Shown: in pieces, positions 40,811-51,747 of the stretch
Numbering within the stretch: position 1 is the first letter of the stretch
Layout of the letters: each line of letters starts with the position of its first letter
Source: Syntrophomonadaceae bacterium
GTDB taxonomy: Bacteria > Bacillota > Syntrophomonadia > Syntrophomonadales > Syntrophomonadaceae
Assembly: GCA_040217755.1 (NCBI GenBank)
Contig: JBEHWJ010000002.1
Location: forward strand, 3,113-67,112
DNA: 64,000 nucleotides
Direction of reading: 5' to 3'
The notes under the pieces: model-generated
Seen by the model: the letters and a program-made list of their open reading frames with translations, nothing else
Databases searched by the model: none
Told to the model about the DNA's origin: nothing
Program-made: the position numbers and the translations under genes

Positions 40811-41881
40811 GTGAAGATAGTGATAGTCAGGGAGGAAATAGAGACCCGGGAGGCGGCCGGATTGAGCCGATTTGCGGTCAAGTCCAGGGATTCATCCGGA
40901 CGGCAAAAACGTGAAGACCCCGACCCTATCCGCACCTGTTTCATGGTGGACCGGGATCGCGTGATACATTCCAAGTCTTTCCGGCGCTTGAAACATAAGA
41001 CCCAGGTATTTGTGGCCCCGCCGGGCGATCATTATCGTACCCGGCTTACCCATACCCTGGAAGTAAATCAGATTGCCCGGACTATCGGAGCGGGATTAAA
41101 CCTCAATCTGGATCTTATCGAAGCCATCGCCCTTGCCCACGATGTGGGCCATACCCCGTTCGCCCATTCCGGGGAGCAGATATTGAACGAGATAACCAGC
41201 GGTCACTTCCGGCACAGTGAGAACAGCGTAAGGGTGCTCACCAGGGTCGAACAGCACAAAGGGGGCAGCGGGCTTAACTTATCCGGGGAAGTCCTGGACG
41301 GGGTCCTGCATCACAGCGGCTATGGGCAGGGAGGTGCTTGTGCATCCACCCTGGAAGGGCAAGTGATCCGCATCGCCGACAAGATCGCCTATGTTCAGCA
41401 TGATATAGATGATGCGATCCGGGCTGGGCTATTGACCCTGGACCAGATTCCGCCCCGATTCCTTGAAGTTCTGGGGATCACCCACAGCCAGCGGATAGCT
41501 ACTCTGGTGATAGATACCATCGAACATACCCGCAAATTGATGGGCTCCGGCCAACCGCTGTCGGTGGAACCGGGCCATGAAGTGGAGCGGGCGCTATGGG
41601 GGTTGCGGGAATTTATGTTTGAGACCATATATCGCGGTCCAGTATGTCAGGAAGAGCGTAACCGGGCTATGTTCATAATATCCAGCCTATACGATTACTA
41701 CATGAAAAACCCCGGCAAAATGAGCCCCCTATACATTCAGATCGCGGAAGAAGAAGGTCTGGAGAGAGCAGTCCTGGATTATATATCCGGCATGAGCGAT
41801 GCTTACTGCATCAACCTCTTTAAAGATATTTACATCCCGCAATCCATGGTACCGGATACCAGGCGGATCTTTAGTCACTAA
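40811..41881 (+). CDS. dgt: dGTP triphosphohydrolase-like HD-domain protein
   Basis: 356 aa with HD motif HDVGHTPFAH. Position upstream of dnaG is conserved. The start is ambiguous between GTG 40811 and GTG 40820. Confidence 0.87.
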   Translation: MKIVIVREEIETREAAGLSRFAVKSRDSSGRQKREDPDPIRTCFMVDRDRVIHSKSFRRLKHKTQVFVAPPGDHYRTRLTHTLEVNQIARTIGAGLNLNLDLIEAIALAHDVGHTPFAHSGEQILNEITSGHFRHSENSVRVLTRVEQHKGGSGLNLSGEVLDGVLHHSGYGQGGACASTLEGQVIRIADKIAYVQHDIDDAIRAGLLTLDQIPPRFLEVLGITHSQRIATLVIDTIEHTRKLMGSGQPLSVEPGHEVERALWGLREFMFETIYRGPVCQEERNRAMFIISSLYDYYMKNPGKMSPLYIQIAEEEGLERAVLDYISGMSDAYCINLFKDIYIPQSMVPDTRRIFSH

Positions 41882-41959
41882 AAGCATGGATAGAAAGTTT
41901 CGTTTTTTTTCTACATTAAAAAGGGATTTCTCGAAGGATATCGAATAGTAGGTTGAGTC

Positions 41960-43744
41960 ATGGCTTATTATGATGATGATCAGAAAATACAACAGATACA
42001 ATCCCAGCTGGATATTGTGGAGCTGATTTCCGAATCGGTCCAGCTCAGCCGCAAGGGCAACAATTATTGGGGCCTGTGCCCCTTCCACGGGGAAAAGACG
42101 CCGTCTTTCAGTGTGAGCCGGGATAAGCAGATGTTTTACTGTTTCGGCTGCCATACCGGTGGCAACATCTTTACCTTCCTTATGAAAAGGGATGGGCTGG
42201 AGTTCAGAGAGGCCCTGGAGATGCTGGCGGCCAAAGCAGGAGTCGATATCAGCCGACCCAGGGACCGCAGCCGGGTTGATCACCAGAAGTCGATCATCAA
42301 TATAAACAATACCGCGGCCCAGTTCTATCACCAAAAACTGCTGTCTGCATCGGGAAGTGACGCCCGCTCATATTTGAGCCAACGTGGGATCAGCGAACAG
42401 ACGATGGACCGCTACCGGTTGGGGTATGCCGGTGATGACTGGCAGGAGTTGACCAATTACCTGTTGGGGCGGGGTTTTAGTCCGGAGGCTCTGAAGGCTT
42501 CGGGGCTGGCCAAAAGAAGTGATAACCAGAGCCGCTTCTATGACCTGTTCCGGCATCGGATCATGTTTCCGATAATGCTTTACAATCAGGATGTTATAGG
42601 ATTTGGGGGCAGAAGCCTGGGGGATGCACAGCCGAAATATCTGAATACCCCGGAAACCGAAATCTTTTCCAAACGCAAAAATTTATACGGGTTAGCTCAG
42701 GCCCGTGAGGCCATTCGACAGAATAATAATGCATTCCTGGTGGAAGGGTATATGGACTGTATAAAACTTCAGCAGACGGGCATTATGAACGTGGTAGCCT
42801 CGTTAGGGACGGCCTTGACCGAGGAGCATGCCCGGTTGCTGCACAGATACGCGGAAAAAGTGACTATCGTTTACGATGGTGATGAAGCGGGCCAGAATGC
42901 CACTCTCCGCGCGGCCGATGTATTGCGCGGAGCGGAGATCAAGGTGGAGGTGATCAGTCTCCCGCCGGGTCAGGATCCGGATGATTTAATAGGATCCTTA
43001 GGGAAAGAGGGATTTTGGCATTATATCGAGAATAATGTATGTGGTGATATCGAATTTAAATTAAACCGATTAATCCGCACCGCTCCTGCATTGGATCTGG
43101 AAGCCAAGATACGAATTATCAACGTCCTTAAAGAGGACATCGAACGACTCAGCAGTGTAGTGGAGCAGGATGCTTATATCAAAATGCTGGCCCGCAAACT
43201 TAAAATGGAAGAGAACCTTATTTATCAGGAATATCGCCGGGGCTATAAACGCGAGATCAGCGGGCGGTACAAGAATAATAATGGAATAAACAGGGATAAT
43301 ATTAAATACGGCAAATATGGTCTGCAGGAGAAAATTCTGGCAGCCATGCTGAAAGACCCGGAATTATATGACAAGATCAAGTCCCGCATCGGCATAAATT
43401 TCTTCGCCGATGACAAATACCAGGACTTCATCAGGGAATATGACCGCTTGGAGGGCAACCGGGATGAGAAACTGAATCGGATGATCTCCGCCCATCCCTC
43501 TGATAACACCGTGTCGACTTATGCCCGGGTGGCAATGTTGATAGGGGAAGAGGATACCGATCTGGACATAGAACTGGAAGAGTTTATTATGAGGGTGGAA
43601 AAAAAGAAGAACGAGAGCCAATGGCAAAGGATATATGACCAGGTAGAAAAGCTGGCCGACCAAGGCGATTTCCAATCAATAATCCGGTTTATGGTAAATA
43701 TAGATAAAGCCGCCCATTTTGGCCGGGAAGGGGGTTCACTGTGA
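41960..43744 (+). CDS. dnaG: DNA primase
   Basis: Zinc-ribbon [13 protein letters not shown]...CFGC and Toprim EGYMDCI. Confidence 0.95.
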   Translation: MAYYDDDQKIQQIQSQLDIVELISESVQLSRKGNNYWGLCPFHGEKTPSFSVSRDKQMFYCFGCHTGGNIFTFLMKRDGLEFREALEMLAAKAGVDISRPRDRSRVDHQKSIININNTAAQFYHQKLLSASGSDARSYLSQRGISEQTMDRYRLGYAGDDWQELTNYLLGRGFSPEALKASGLAKRSDNQSRFYDLFRHRIMFPIMLYNQDVIGFGGRSLGDAQPKYLNTPETEIFSKRKNLYGLAQAREAIRQNNNAFLVEGYMDCIKLQQTGIMNVVASLGTALTEEHARLLHRYAEKVTIVYDGDEAGQNATLRAADVLRGAEIKVEVISLPPGQDPDDLIGSLGKEGFWHYIENNVCGDIEFKLNRLIRTAPALDLEAKIRIINVLKEDIERLSSVVEQDAYIKMLARKLKMEENLIYQEYRRGYKREISGRYKNNNGINRDNIKYGKYGLQEKILAAMLKDPELYDKIKSRIGINFFADDKYQDFIREYDRLEGNRDEKLNRMISAHPSDNTVSTYARVAMLIGEEDTDLDIELEEFIMRVEKKKNESQWQRIYDQVEKLADQGDFQSIIRFMVNIDKAAHFGREGGSL

Positions 43745-44823
43745 AAGATAACAAGATTGCAGAAAGTGTAAGTAGTCTGGCTGAAAAAGGCAAGAAAAAA
43801 AAGAATCTTACTTATGAAGAGATCATGGAAGAATTGCAGCACTACAGCCTGGAACCGGATGTGATGGACGACATACTCGAGCATCTGCAGACACTGGGTA
43901 TTACTGTGGGCCCGGACGGCGAGCATGAAGAAGACGCGGAGGATGCCGAACCGGAAAGCATCGAGAATGAAAAAGTAATGGTGCCCGAAGGGGTAGAGAT
44001 AGATGACCCGGTCCGCATGTACTTGAAAGAGATCGGGCGGGTGAGGTTGCTTACGGCCGATGAAGAGATAGAACTGGCCTTGTTGATCGAGAACGGTGAC
44101 GAGGAGGCCAAGCGCAAACTGGTGGAGGCGAACCTCAGGCTGGTGGTCAGCATCGCCAAGCGTTACGTTGGCCGGGGTATGCTCTTTTTAGACCTGATTC
44201 AGGAAGGCAATCTGGGGCTGATGAAGGCGGTAGAAAAATTCGACTACCGCAAAGGCTTCAAGTTCAGCACCTATGCAACATGGTGGATAAGGCAGGCCAT
44301 AACCAGGGCCATCGCCGATCAGGCCCGCACCATCCGAATTCCAGTCCATATGGTGGAGACCATCAACAAATTATCCCGGGTACAGCGAAGTCTCCTGCAG
44401 ACACTGGGGCGTGAGCCGACTCCGAGTGAAGTGGGCGAAGAGATGGACATATCGGTGGAAAGGGTCATCGAGATCATGAAGGTCGCCCAGGAACCGGTTT
44501 CCCTGGAGACACCTATTGGTGAAGAGGATGATAGTCATCTAGGTGATTTTATCACTGATGAGGAAGCCGAATCTCCAGAAGAATCAGCATCGTTTGTTCT
44601 TCTGCGGGAGCATATGGACGGCATCCTGAACACTCTTACCGATCGGGAAGAGAAGGTCTTGAGGCTGCGTTTCGGTCTGGATGACGGACGACCTCGGACT
44701 CTGGAAGAGGTAGGGCAGGAATTCGGGGTCACCCGGGAACGGATAAGACAGATAGAAGCAAAAGCTCTGCGCAAACTGCGTCATCCTTCCCGCAGCAAGA
44801 AGCTCAAAGACTATATTGAATAG
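43741..44823 (+). CDS. sigA: RNA polymerase primary sigma factor (SigA/RpoD)
   Basis: 360 aa with region 2.4 [13 protein letters not shown] and region 4 HTH. The GTG start overlaps the dnaG stop. Confidence 0.96.
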   Translation: MKDNKIAESVSSLAEKGKKKKNLTYEEIMEELQHYSLEPDVMDDILEHLQTLGITVGPDGEHEEDAEDAEPESIENEKVMVPEGVEIDDPVRMYLKEIGRVRLLTADEEIELALLIENGDEEAKRKLVEANLRLVVSIAKRYVGRGMLFLDLIQEGNLGLMKAVEKFDYRKGFKFSTYATWWIRQAITRAIADQARTIRIPVHMVETINKLSRVQRSLLQTLGREPTPSEVGEEMDISVERVIEIMKVAQEPVSLETPIGEEDDSHLGDFITDEEAESPEESASFVLLREHMDGILNTLTDREEKVLRLRFGLDDGRPRTLEEVGQEFGVTRERIRQIEAKALRKLRHPSRSKKLKDYIE

Positions 44824-44867
44824 CATACACCCGTTAAATGGGGTGTATCTATGATGGGAATGGCTTA

Positions 44868-44896
44868 TTGACAGAGCTCATTAATGATTATATAAT
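44868..44896 (+). promoter_or_regulatory. Consensus sigma-A promoter for tRNA-Asn
   Basis: TTGACA (44868-44873), 17 nt, TATAAT (44891-44896). The tRNA begins 18 nt downstream. Confidence 0.75.
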
Positions 44897-44913
44897 TAGC
44901 TTCGTTGAGTCCT

Positions 44914-44988
44914 TCCTCGATAGCTCAACGGTAGAGCATCCGGCTGTTAACCGGAGGGTTGTAGGTTCGAATCCTACTCGGGGAGCCA
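44914..44988 (+). tRNA. tRNA-Asn (GTT)
   Basis: 75-nt cloverleaf with anticodon loop CTGTTAA, G73 discriminator and encoded CCA. Confidence 0.9.
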
Positions 44989-44999
44989 TGAAAAAAACA

Positions 45000-45029
45000 G
45001 CGGTAAACGGTTAATTTACCGCTTTTTTT
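45000..45029 (+). terminator. Intrinsic terminator after tRNA-Asn
   Basis: GCGGTAAA-cggttaa-TTTACCGC followed by TTTTTTT. Confidence 0.75.
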
Positions 45030-45068
45030 ATTGCCGTACTACACTCATCAGTATTTGTTTTCTGACTA

Positions 45069-45097
45069 TTGCTTTTTGCATACATATTATATATACT
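45069..45097 (+). promoter_or_regulatory. Candidate promoter of the three-tRNA unit
   Basis: TTGCTT, 17 nt, TATACT. Confidence 0.5.
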
Positions 45098-45125
45098 AAC
45101 TCTTGCGGGGTTTTTAGAGACCTCC

Positions 45126-45201
45126 GGGCCTATAGCTCAGTTGGTAGAGCTACCGGCTCATAACCGGTTGGTCCCAGGTTCGAATCCTGGTAGGCCCACC
45201 A
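45126..45201 (+). tRNA. tRNA with CAT anticodon (elongator type; resembles lysidine-dependent tRNA-Ile2 more than the initiator)
   Basis: 76-nt cloverleaf with paired G1:C72 (so not an initiator), anticodon loop CTCATAA and encoded CCA. Met versus Ile2 cannot be decided by eye. Confidence 0.88.
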
Positions 45202-45205
45202 TCAT

Positions 45206-45281
45206 GGCCCCTTGGTCAAGCGGTCTAAGACACCGCCCTTTCACGGCGGTAACGGGGGTTCGAGTCCCCCAGGGGTCACCA
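45206..45281 (+). tRNA. tRNA-Glu (TTC)
   Basis: 76 nt with anticodon loop CTTTCAC. Close to Bacillus tRNA-Glu, with encoded CCA. Confidence 0.9.
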
Positions 45282-45357
<76 letters not shown>

Positions 45358-45368
45358 GATTAAAAATA

Positions 45369-45397
45369 GGATTTCCTCGAAGGGGAATCCTTTTTTT
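45369..45397 (+). terminator. Intrinsic terminator after the tRNA cluster
   Basis: GGATTTCC-tcgaag-GGGAATCC followed by TTTTTTT. Confidence 0.7.
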
Positions 45398-45491
45398 ATT
45401 GGTTCAAGAATATACTTAGGATATGGCCAGGAAAACTTATGTTATATTAAGTAACAACTGGAAGGTATATGGCAAGAAAGGGGAATTAGGG

Positions 45492-46382
45492 ATGAGACTG
45501 ACCGACAACGTGCTCTGTATGGGCAACCAGCATTTCCGCCATTATATAGTTGGACAGGAAAGGGCGGCGGTAGTCGAATGCGGGGTCAGTGGGAGCATAG
45601 TCAGCTTTCGCCGGCAGTGGATGCCTTTACAAAACAAGCCGCAGGTCGAGTATCTGCTGGCATCACACGCCCATTTCGACCATGTATGCGGCATCCCCGC
45701 CCTGCGGGAACTGTTTCCTCAGGCTCAATTGGTGGCCAGCGCCGAAGCTAAAAAAGTGCTGTCCAATCCCAAAATCCTGAGGAATTTCTTCAGCCAGGAC
45801 GAGAGGATGACCGAGCTGCTGTTGGGTGAAGGCATGATCGATGAGGACATAAAGACACCCTTACCGGAGCAGATCACGGTCGATACCGTGGTAGGGGGGG
45901 GTGATGTGCTGGACCTGGGCCGGGGGTTGATGCTGGAGGTTATCGATGTGCCTGGTCACAGCCCCTGCAATCTTGCATTTTATCTGCCCGCGGACCAAGT
46001 TATGTTTTTATCGGATACAGCTGGATTTCAAACCTCAGACGAGTTGATCTTCCCCATCTTTTTCTCCGATTTCGAAATGTACATGGACAGCATCCGCCGC
46101 CTGATGAGCTATCCTACCAAAGTTCTGGCCATCCCCCATGAAAGGATCTGGGTCGATGAGGAAGTACCCCGGTTCTATCAACGGGCCCTGGATATCGCCC
46201 AGAACGCCTACGATATTATTAAAGCCATGCTCGATAAAGGATTGGATGACGAAACCATAAAACAGAATCTTTTTGAGCTTTACTATCGTGACAAGCTGAG
46301 AATCTATGTCCCCGAGAACATCACTCTATGCGTGGAACTACTTTTGCGCCGGGTAAAGCAAAGTCTTCGAGGTCAGGCCTAA
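45492..46382 (+). CDS. MBL-fold metallo-hydrolase
   Basis: HxHxDH motif SHAHFDHVCG. The start is adjusted to the ATG at 45492 after AAAGGGGA; the frame is open from 45423. Confidence 0.85.
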   Translation: MRLTDNVLCMGNQHFRHYIVGQERAAVVECGVSGSIVSFRRQWMPLQNKPQVEYLLASHAHFDHVCGIPALRELFPQAQLVASAEAKKVLSNPKILRNFFSQDERMTELLLGEGMIDEDIKTPLPEQITVDTVVGGGDVLDLGRGLMLEVIDVPGHSPCNLAFYLPADQVMFLSDTAGFQTSDELIFPIFFSDFEMYMDSIRRLMSYPTKVLAIPHERIWVDEEVPRFYQRALDIAQNAYDIIKAMLDKGLDDETIKQNLFELYYRDKLRIYVPENITLCVELLLRRVKQSLRGQA

Positions 46383-46385
46383 GAC

Positions 46386-46910
46386 CTATTGCCACAGGGG
46401 CTCGAGGGTAAGGTGGGATATTTTCCAGTGCCCGCCACAATTACGAGCCGCTATTATGTAACAGTACCGGTCTCCGGGTTGGTAACAATCATCATAATAA
46501 CGGTGGATTACGACTTTCTCAGGGGATATATACTTCACCTGCAGGTAGGGCAGGTCAGCAGCGCCGATCATGGGGATGAATTCAGCGGGGATTACTGCCA
46601 TCCGGTCGGTATCGGGTACGTACATCAGCAAAAAGGCAGCCAAATCGCGAGCTAGATCCGGTTCAAAACCGCCACCAAGATAGACCGCGGCCGATTCCAA
46701 ATCCGTGAATTTATCGGTTATAAAATGGTCTCCGTAAGGCTCTGTACTTCCCCATACTGAAGCCAGAATTTCGAAATCCGCCACTATGTCGGTCAGTACC
46801 GCGGTGGCATCGGCTTCGGCAGGGGTGACCTCCAAGGCGGGAGCTTGGATGGGAGAAGTCATAAAGAGCATGATTATGGCGGTCAGGATGATCAAGGGCA
46901 ATCTCGACAT
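46386..46910 (-). CDS. Hypothetical secreted protein
   Basis: Signal peptide MSRLPLIILTAIIMLFMTSPIQAPA. The start is adjusted to the ATG after GGAGA. I recognise no family. Confidence 0.55.
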   Translation of the reverse strand: MSRLPLIILTAIIMLFMTSPIQAPALEVTPAEADATAVLTDIVADFEILASVWGSTEPYGDHFITDKFTDLESAAVYLGGGFEPDLARDLAAFLLMYVPDTDRMAVIPAEFIPMIGAADLPYLQVKYISPEKVVIHRYYDDCYQPGDRYCYIIAARNCGGHWKISHLTLEPLWQ

Positions 46911-47093
46911 ATTGAAAAGTCTCCACATAGTAGTGTGAGACCATTATAACTTGCTGGGAAAAAATAGGATACGATTAAATTCAGCCCCGATGTCCCCATT
47001 TACGCGCTTTTGCAGCAGGATTACCTGAACATCGCTATTATCTTGTGCCAAGCCGGCACTTCTGCGACTGAAGGCGGCAGAAAGCCTGGATTT

Positions 47094-47936
47094 CTATGGC
47101 TCATAAAAACAGACCGCCAGCAAGCCCGGACCGGTATGTACCCCCAATGCGGGACTGATATCGGAGAATATCAACTCCTTTAAATTAGGCATCTGGCCAA
47201 ATTTGGCGGCAATCCTCTCGCCGATATCCCGGGCTCCGCCGTGCATTACAGCCAGGTTGAAGGGGCGATTGCCGACTGTCTCGGTAACCAAATCCATCAG
47301 CTTCTCGATGGATTTGGCCCGACCCCGGACCTTGGCATGGGTATAGTATATACCTTCCTCGTTGACCCCGATGATCGGTTTGAGATTCAGGAATTCCCCC
47401 AGCATGCCAGCCACTAACCCGATACGGCCCCCCCGGCGCAGGTAATCCAGGGTTTCTATCACATAATAAGCTCGCACCTTGGGCTGCAAAGCGGTCAGTC
47501 TTTCCATGACCTTGGCGAAGCCCAGTCCGGCCATAATGTTGCGGGCAGCATCCAGAACCATCCAACCGGTGGCCATCGATAAGGTGCGGGTATCGAATAC
47601 CTTGATGGTGATGTCTTCGAAGTCGCGGGCCGCCAATTCCATCGCCTGGAACGTACCCGACAACCGACTTGAAAGGGCGATAGCCAGTACGTGGGTGAAT
47701 CCATCCTGCCGACATCGCTCAAAGACAGTCTTGATCTCCTGCAGGCTTGGCTGGGAGGTTTTAGGCACCTCACCGGGCATCCGCCGATAGACCTCCTCGG
47801 GCTGGATATCCTCCCGGTCAGAGTATTCGCCATCCGGGTAGATCACCTTCAAAGGGAGGATTTTGATGTCATACTGCTCCACTAAGTCTTGGGGCAGGTC
47901 GCACGCGCTGTCGGCTACCAGGGCTATCTTCTCCAT
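47094..47936 (-). CDS. DegV family fatty-acid-binding protein
   Basis: 280 aa with a typical DegV N-terminus (KIALVADSACDLP) and fold signature. Confidence 0.9.
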   Translation of the reverse strand: MEKIALVADSACDLPQDLVEQYDIKILPLKVIYPDGEYSDREDIQPEEVYRRMPGEVPKTSQPSLQEIKTVFERCRQDGFTHVLAIALSSRLSGTFQAMELAARDFEDITIKVFDTRTLSMATGWMVLDAARNIMAGLGFAKVMERLTALQPKVRAYYVIETLDYLRRGGRIGLVAGMLGEFLNLKPIIGVNEEGIYYTHAKVRGRAKSIEKLMDLVTETVGNRPFNLAVMHGGARDIGERIAAKFGQMPNLKELIFSDISPALGVHTGPGLLAVCFYEP

Positions 47937-48049
47937 AATCGTCCACCCTCCAACAAATCGATTGAGTTGTTAATTTACAAAAACAATTGTATTGTATTTT
48001 GGATACGAAAGCAAAGAAGAGTCGTTTTCCCAATTCCTGCTCGCCGAAC

Positions 48050-48078
48050 TTGACATCACCGCCGCAAAGAAATAAAAT
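48050..48078 (+). promoter_or_regulatory. Sigma-A type promoter of ylxM-ffh
   Basis: TTGACA (48050-48055), 17 nt, TAAAAT (48073-48078). Confidence 0.65.
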
Positions 48079-48121
48079 CGTTTAGTAAAGCAAAAAAGCT
48101 TTACATGAGGGGGTAGGCCTC

Positions 48122-48463
48122 ATGCTGGAGAAAGTCAGTCAGGTTGTTCTGCTTAAAGACTTCTATGGTCCGTTATTGACCGCCAAACAACAAGATGTCT
48201 TGAATATGCATTATGAAGATGACTGGTCGTTGTCCGAGATCGCCAATTCCATGAATACCAGCCGGCAGGCAGTCTACGACCTGGCCAAACGGGCCGAGGG
48301 CATACTGCAGGAATATGAGGATAAACTGGGACTGGTGGCGAAATTCCAGCGCATCGGGCAGAACCTGGATGAATTGAGATTGATCCTGGAGGATGCCAAG
48401 GTTGATAATCCCAGGCTGAGTCAAGCGGTCAGCCTGATTGAAGAAATATGGGGACTACTTTAG
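48122..48463 (+). CDS. ylxM: UPF0122 protein YlxM (putative HTH, SRP-associated)
   Basis: 113 aa with a conserved partner position upstream of ffh (LLKDFYGPLLTAKQQDVLNMHYEDDWSLSEIA). Confidence 0.88.
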   Translation: MLEKVSQVVLLKDFYGPLLTAKQQDVLNMHYEDDWSLSEIANSMNTSRQAVYDLAKRAEGILQEYEDKLGLVAKFQRIGQNLDELRLILEDAKVDNPRLSQAVSLIEEIWGLL

Positions 48464-48479
48464 GCAAAGGAGGGATAGT

Positions 48480-49826
48480 GTGGCTTTTGAAGGTTTATCC
48501 GATCGACTGCAGGAAGTCTTCCGAAAACTGCGCGGCAAAGGCAAGATAACCGAGGAAGACGTCAAGCAGGCTATGCGCGAAGTCCGCCTGGCTCTCCTCG
48601 AAGCTGACGTTAATTACAAGGTGGTCAAGGATTTTGTAGCCAATGTAAGCCAGAGGGCGGTAGGGCATGATGTTCTGCAGAGTGTTACGCCGGGACAGCA
48701 GGTTATAAAAATCGTCCACGACGAGATGACCAGGCTGATGGGCGAAGCCGAGAATAAACTGACTATAGCCCCCAAACCACCTACCGTATTTATGGTGGTG
48801 GGATTGCAGGGGGCCGGCAAAACCACGACGGTCGCCAAGTTGGCCAAGAGCCTTATCAAACAGGGGAGGAGACCGGTGCTGGTGGCCTGCGACGTTTACC
48901 GTCCCGCAGCTATAAAACAGCTGCAAGTGCTGGGAGAACAGGTCGGAGCGCCAGTGTTCTCCATGGGACAGGAAAATCCGGTCGACATCGCCCCCGCGTC
49001 CCTGGAGTTTGCCCGCATCAACAACCGTGATGTGGTGATCATCGATACCGCTGGGCGATTGCACATCAACCAAGAATTGATGGATGAGTTGGCAGAAATT
49101 AAAGATAGGGTAAGTCCGCAGGAGATCCTGTTGGTAGTCGATGCCATGACCGGGCAGGATGCAGTCAACGTAGCCGAGGCGTTTAATAATGAGTTGGCGC
49201 TGACCGGGGTCATCCTGACCAAACTGGACGGGGATACCCGTGGTGGTGCTGCCCTGTCGGTAAAGGCGGTCACCGGCTGCCCAGTCAAGCTGGTGGGTAT
49301 GGGTGAGAAGCTGGATGCTTTGGAGGTCTTCCATCCGGATCGGATGGCTTCACGAATCCTGGGCATGGGAGACATATTGACCCTGGTAGAAAAAGCCCAG
49401 GATAATTTTGACCAGAATCAGGCCCGCGAGATGGAAAGAAAAATCCGCCAACAGGAATTCACCCTTGATGATTTCCTGCAGCAGATGCAGCAGGTCCGGT
49501 CCATGGGACCCTTGGAAGACCTGTTGGGCATGATCCCGGGCATGGGCAAACACATGCAGTCGATGAAAGGTGAGATAGACGAGAAAGAGCTGGCCCATGT
49601 GGAGGCTATCATCAAATCCATGACATTTGAAGAGAGAAGGAATCCGCACATTTTAAACGGCAGCCGCAAGAAACGGGTGGCCCGGGGAAGTGGAACCAGG
49701 GTACAGGATGTAAACCGTTTGCTCAAACAATTTGAAGATGCCCGCAAATTGATGAAGCAATTAACCGACATGACGGGCAAAAAGGGTAAACGAACAGGAT
49801 TTCCCAATCTCAAGTTCCCCTTCTAG
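48480..49826 (+). CDS. ffh: Signal recognition particle protein Ffh
   Basis: GTPase motifs GLQGAGKTTT and DTAGRLH, and a Met-rich M domain. The GTG start at 48480 follows AGGAGGG. Confidence 0.96.
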   Translation: MAFEGLSDRLQEVFRKLRGKGKITEEDVKQAMREVRLALLEADVNYKVVKDFVANVSQRAVGHDVLQSVTPGQQVIKIVHDEMTRLMGEAENKLTIAPKPPTVFMVVGLQGAGKTTTVAKLAKSLIKQGRRPVLVACDVYRPAAIKQLQVLGEQVGAPVFSMGQENPVDIAPASLEFARINNRDVVIIDTAGRLHINQELMDELAEIKDRVSPQEILLVVDAMTGQDAVNVAEAFNNELALTGVILTKLDGDTRGGAALSVKAVTGCPVKLVGMGEKLDALEVFHPDRMASRILGMGDILTLVEKAQDNFDQNQAREMERKIRQQEFTLDDFLQQMQQVRSMGPLEDLLGMIPGMGKHMQSMKGEIDEKELAHVEAIIKSMTFEERRNPHILNGSRKKRVARGSGTRVQDVNRLLKQFEDARKLMKQLTDMTGKKGKRTGFPNLKFPF

Positions 49827-49926
49827 ATAAAGCGGTCGACTTATAGACTTGGGGGCGACATCCGGATGGTTGTACCTGGTGTCCAACCGGTTTTCATAAG
49901 TGAACATATACTAAGGAGGTGAAAAC

Positions 49927-50193
49927 ATGGCAACAAAGATTAGATTGAAAAGGATGGGGGCCAAAAAGAACCCGTTTTACCGGGTAGTGGTGGCCGATTC
50001 CAGGACCCCGCGTGACGGCAGGTTTATCGAAGAGATAGGTTATTATGACCCGGGGACCAATCCTGCAACCATCAACATAGACGAGGAGAAGGCCCTGAAG
50101 TGGCTGGCTACCGGTGCCAAACCGTCTGACACCGCCAAATCTCTCTTGCAGAAGCAAGGTATAATTAGTAAGTTTGCGGCATCCCGCAAATAG
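49927..50193 (+). CDS. rpsP: 30S ribosomal protein S16
   Basis: 88 aa ([26 protein letters not shown]...). Confidence 0.95.
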   Translation: MATKIRLKRMGAKKNPFYRVVVADSRTPRDGRFIEEIGYYDPGTNPATINIDEEKALKWLATGAKPSDTAKSLLQKQGIISKFAASRK

Positions 50194-50220
50194 TGGGAGG
50201 AAAACCGGGGGGTGTAACCT

Positions 50221-50451
50221 TTGAAAGAACTGGTTGAATATATTGCCCGCTCACTGGTGGATAAACCGGAAGAGGTTGAGGTAATCGAGACGGAGAGTGA
50301 AAGATCCGTGGTCCTGGAGATCCGGGTAGCTCCAGAAGATATGGGCAAAGTAATCGGCAAGCAAGGCAAGATCGCCAAATCTATCCGAACCCTGACCAAA
50401 GCGGCGGCCGCCAAAGCCGGGAAAAAAGTCGCGGTGGAGATAATGCGGTAA
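50221..50451 (+). CDS. KH-domain RNA-binding protein (YlqC family)
   Basis: 76 aa with the GxxG motif in MGKVIGKQGKIAKSIR. Position between rpsP and rimM is conserved. Confidence 0.88.
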   Translation: MKELVEYIARSLVDKPEEVEVIETESERSVVLEIRVAPEDMGKVIGKQGKIAKSIRTLTKAAAAKAGKKVAVEIMR

Positions 50452-50488
50452 GTAGTCCAAGGTCACTTGAGGGGAGGCCGATACCGAA

Positions 50489-51010
50489 ATGGACCCCAGG
50501 GAATTGATAAAAGTAGGGAAGATAGTCGGCACTCACGGGTACAAAGGTTCTGTCAAAGTGCAGCTCTTGACCGACTTTCCCGAACGCTTCCAACCCGGGC
50601 AAAGATACCTGGTGCTGCGGGAAAAAGAAGCACTGGAGTTGACCCTGGACCATTGTTCGTCCCACGGGGGACCGATGCTGATGAAATTCCACGGCATCGA
50701 CGACCGGGAATCGGCCGAAAAATTGCGCAACCTATTCCTCCATGTGACGATAGATCAGTTACATCCTCTCCCAGAGGGGAGTTTCTATCACTTTCAACTT
50801 ATAGGCATGCGGGTAGAGGATGTGGACAAGGGATATTTAGGACGATTGGCCGAGGTTTTGGAGACCGGCGCCAACGACGTTTATGTGGTTAAATCCGATG
50901 TTTATGGAGAAATACTGATTCCGGCCATCAAACAAGTGGTGATGGCGGTAGACGTACCTAATCAACGGCTTACCGTTAAGCTGTTGGATGGTTTGCTGGG
51001 AGAACAATGA
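50489..51010 (+). CDS. rimM: 16S rRNA processing protein RimM
   Basis: 173 aa with the RimM N-domain ([16 protein letters not shown]) and PRC barrel. Confidence 0.92.
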   Translation: MDPRELIKVGKIVGTHGYKGSVKVQLLTDFPERFQPGQRYLVLREKEALELTLDHCSSHGGPMLMKFHGIDDRESAEKLRNLFLHVTIDQLHPLPEGSFYHFQLIGMRVEDVDKGYLGRLAEVLETGANDVYVVKSDVYGEILIPAIKQVVMAVDVPNQRLTVKLLDGLLGEQ

Positions 51011-51747
51011 TGAAGGTAGATATCCTCACCCTTTTCCCCGCCATGTTCACCGGACCATTTGAGGAGAGTATCGTCGGCCGGGCCCGGCGACGGGGCTTGT
51101 TGGATATCAATATCACCAATATACGGGATTATGCCCTGGATAAGCACCAGCAGGTCGATGATTACCCGTATGGAGGGGGAGCGGGGATGGTCATGAAGGC
51201 CGATGTTGTCTGCCGTGCCATCGATGCGGTTAGGCGACCTGATGCCCATCTGGTTTATCTGTCACCCCAGGGGCCCAGGTTGGTGCAGTCGACAGCAGCC
51301 CGCCTGGCGGAGAAGCCGCACCTTGTCCTGCTGTGTGGCCACTATGAAGGTATTGATGAAAGAGTCATGGACGAGGTGGATGAGGAACTGTCAATCGGCG
51401 ATTTCGTGCTCAGCGGCGGTGAGTTGGCGGCCATAGTGGTGGTGGATGCGGTAACTCGCCTTATCCCTGGTGCGCTCGGTGATGAGAAGTCAGTGCAGGA
51501 GGAGTCATTTGTGCAGGGTTTGCTGGAGTACCCCCATTACACCAGGCCCAGAATTTTCAGGGACATGGAAGTCCCAGAGGTGTTGCTATCCGGGCATCAC
51601 GAACATATTCGCCGCTGGCGGAAGAAACTGAGCCTTGAACGCACCCTTATGAAGCGCCCCGATTTGTTGTTGGGCCGCCATTTCGACCATGAAGAGAAAC
51701 AGATTTTGGAAGAGATATTGTTTAACGGGGAGAAACGGGTCCAGTGA
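51007..51747 (+). CDS. trmD: tRNA (guanine37-N1)-methyltransferase
   Basis: 246 aa, conserved TrmD sequence ([21 protein letters not shown]). Confidence 0.96.
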   Translation: MMKVDILTLFPAMFTGPFEESIVGRARRRGLLDINITNIRDYALDKHQQVDDYPYGGGAGMVMKADVVCRAIDAVRRPDAHLVYLSPQGPRLVQSTAARLAEKPHLVLLCGHYEGIDERVMDEVDEELSIGDFVLSGGELAAIVVVDAVTRLIPGALGDEKSVQEESFVQGLLEYPHYTRPRIFRDMEVPEVLLSGHHEHIRRWRKKLSLERTLMKRPDLLLGRHFDHEEKQILEEILFNGEKRVQ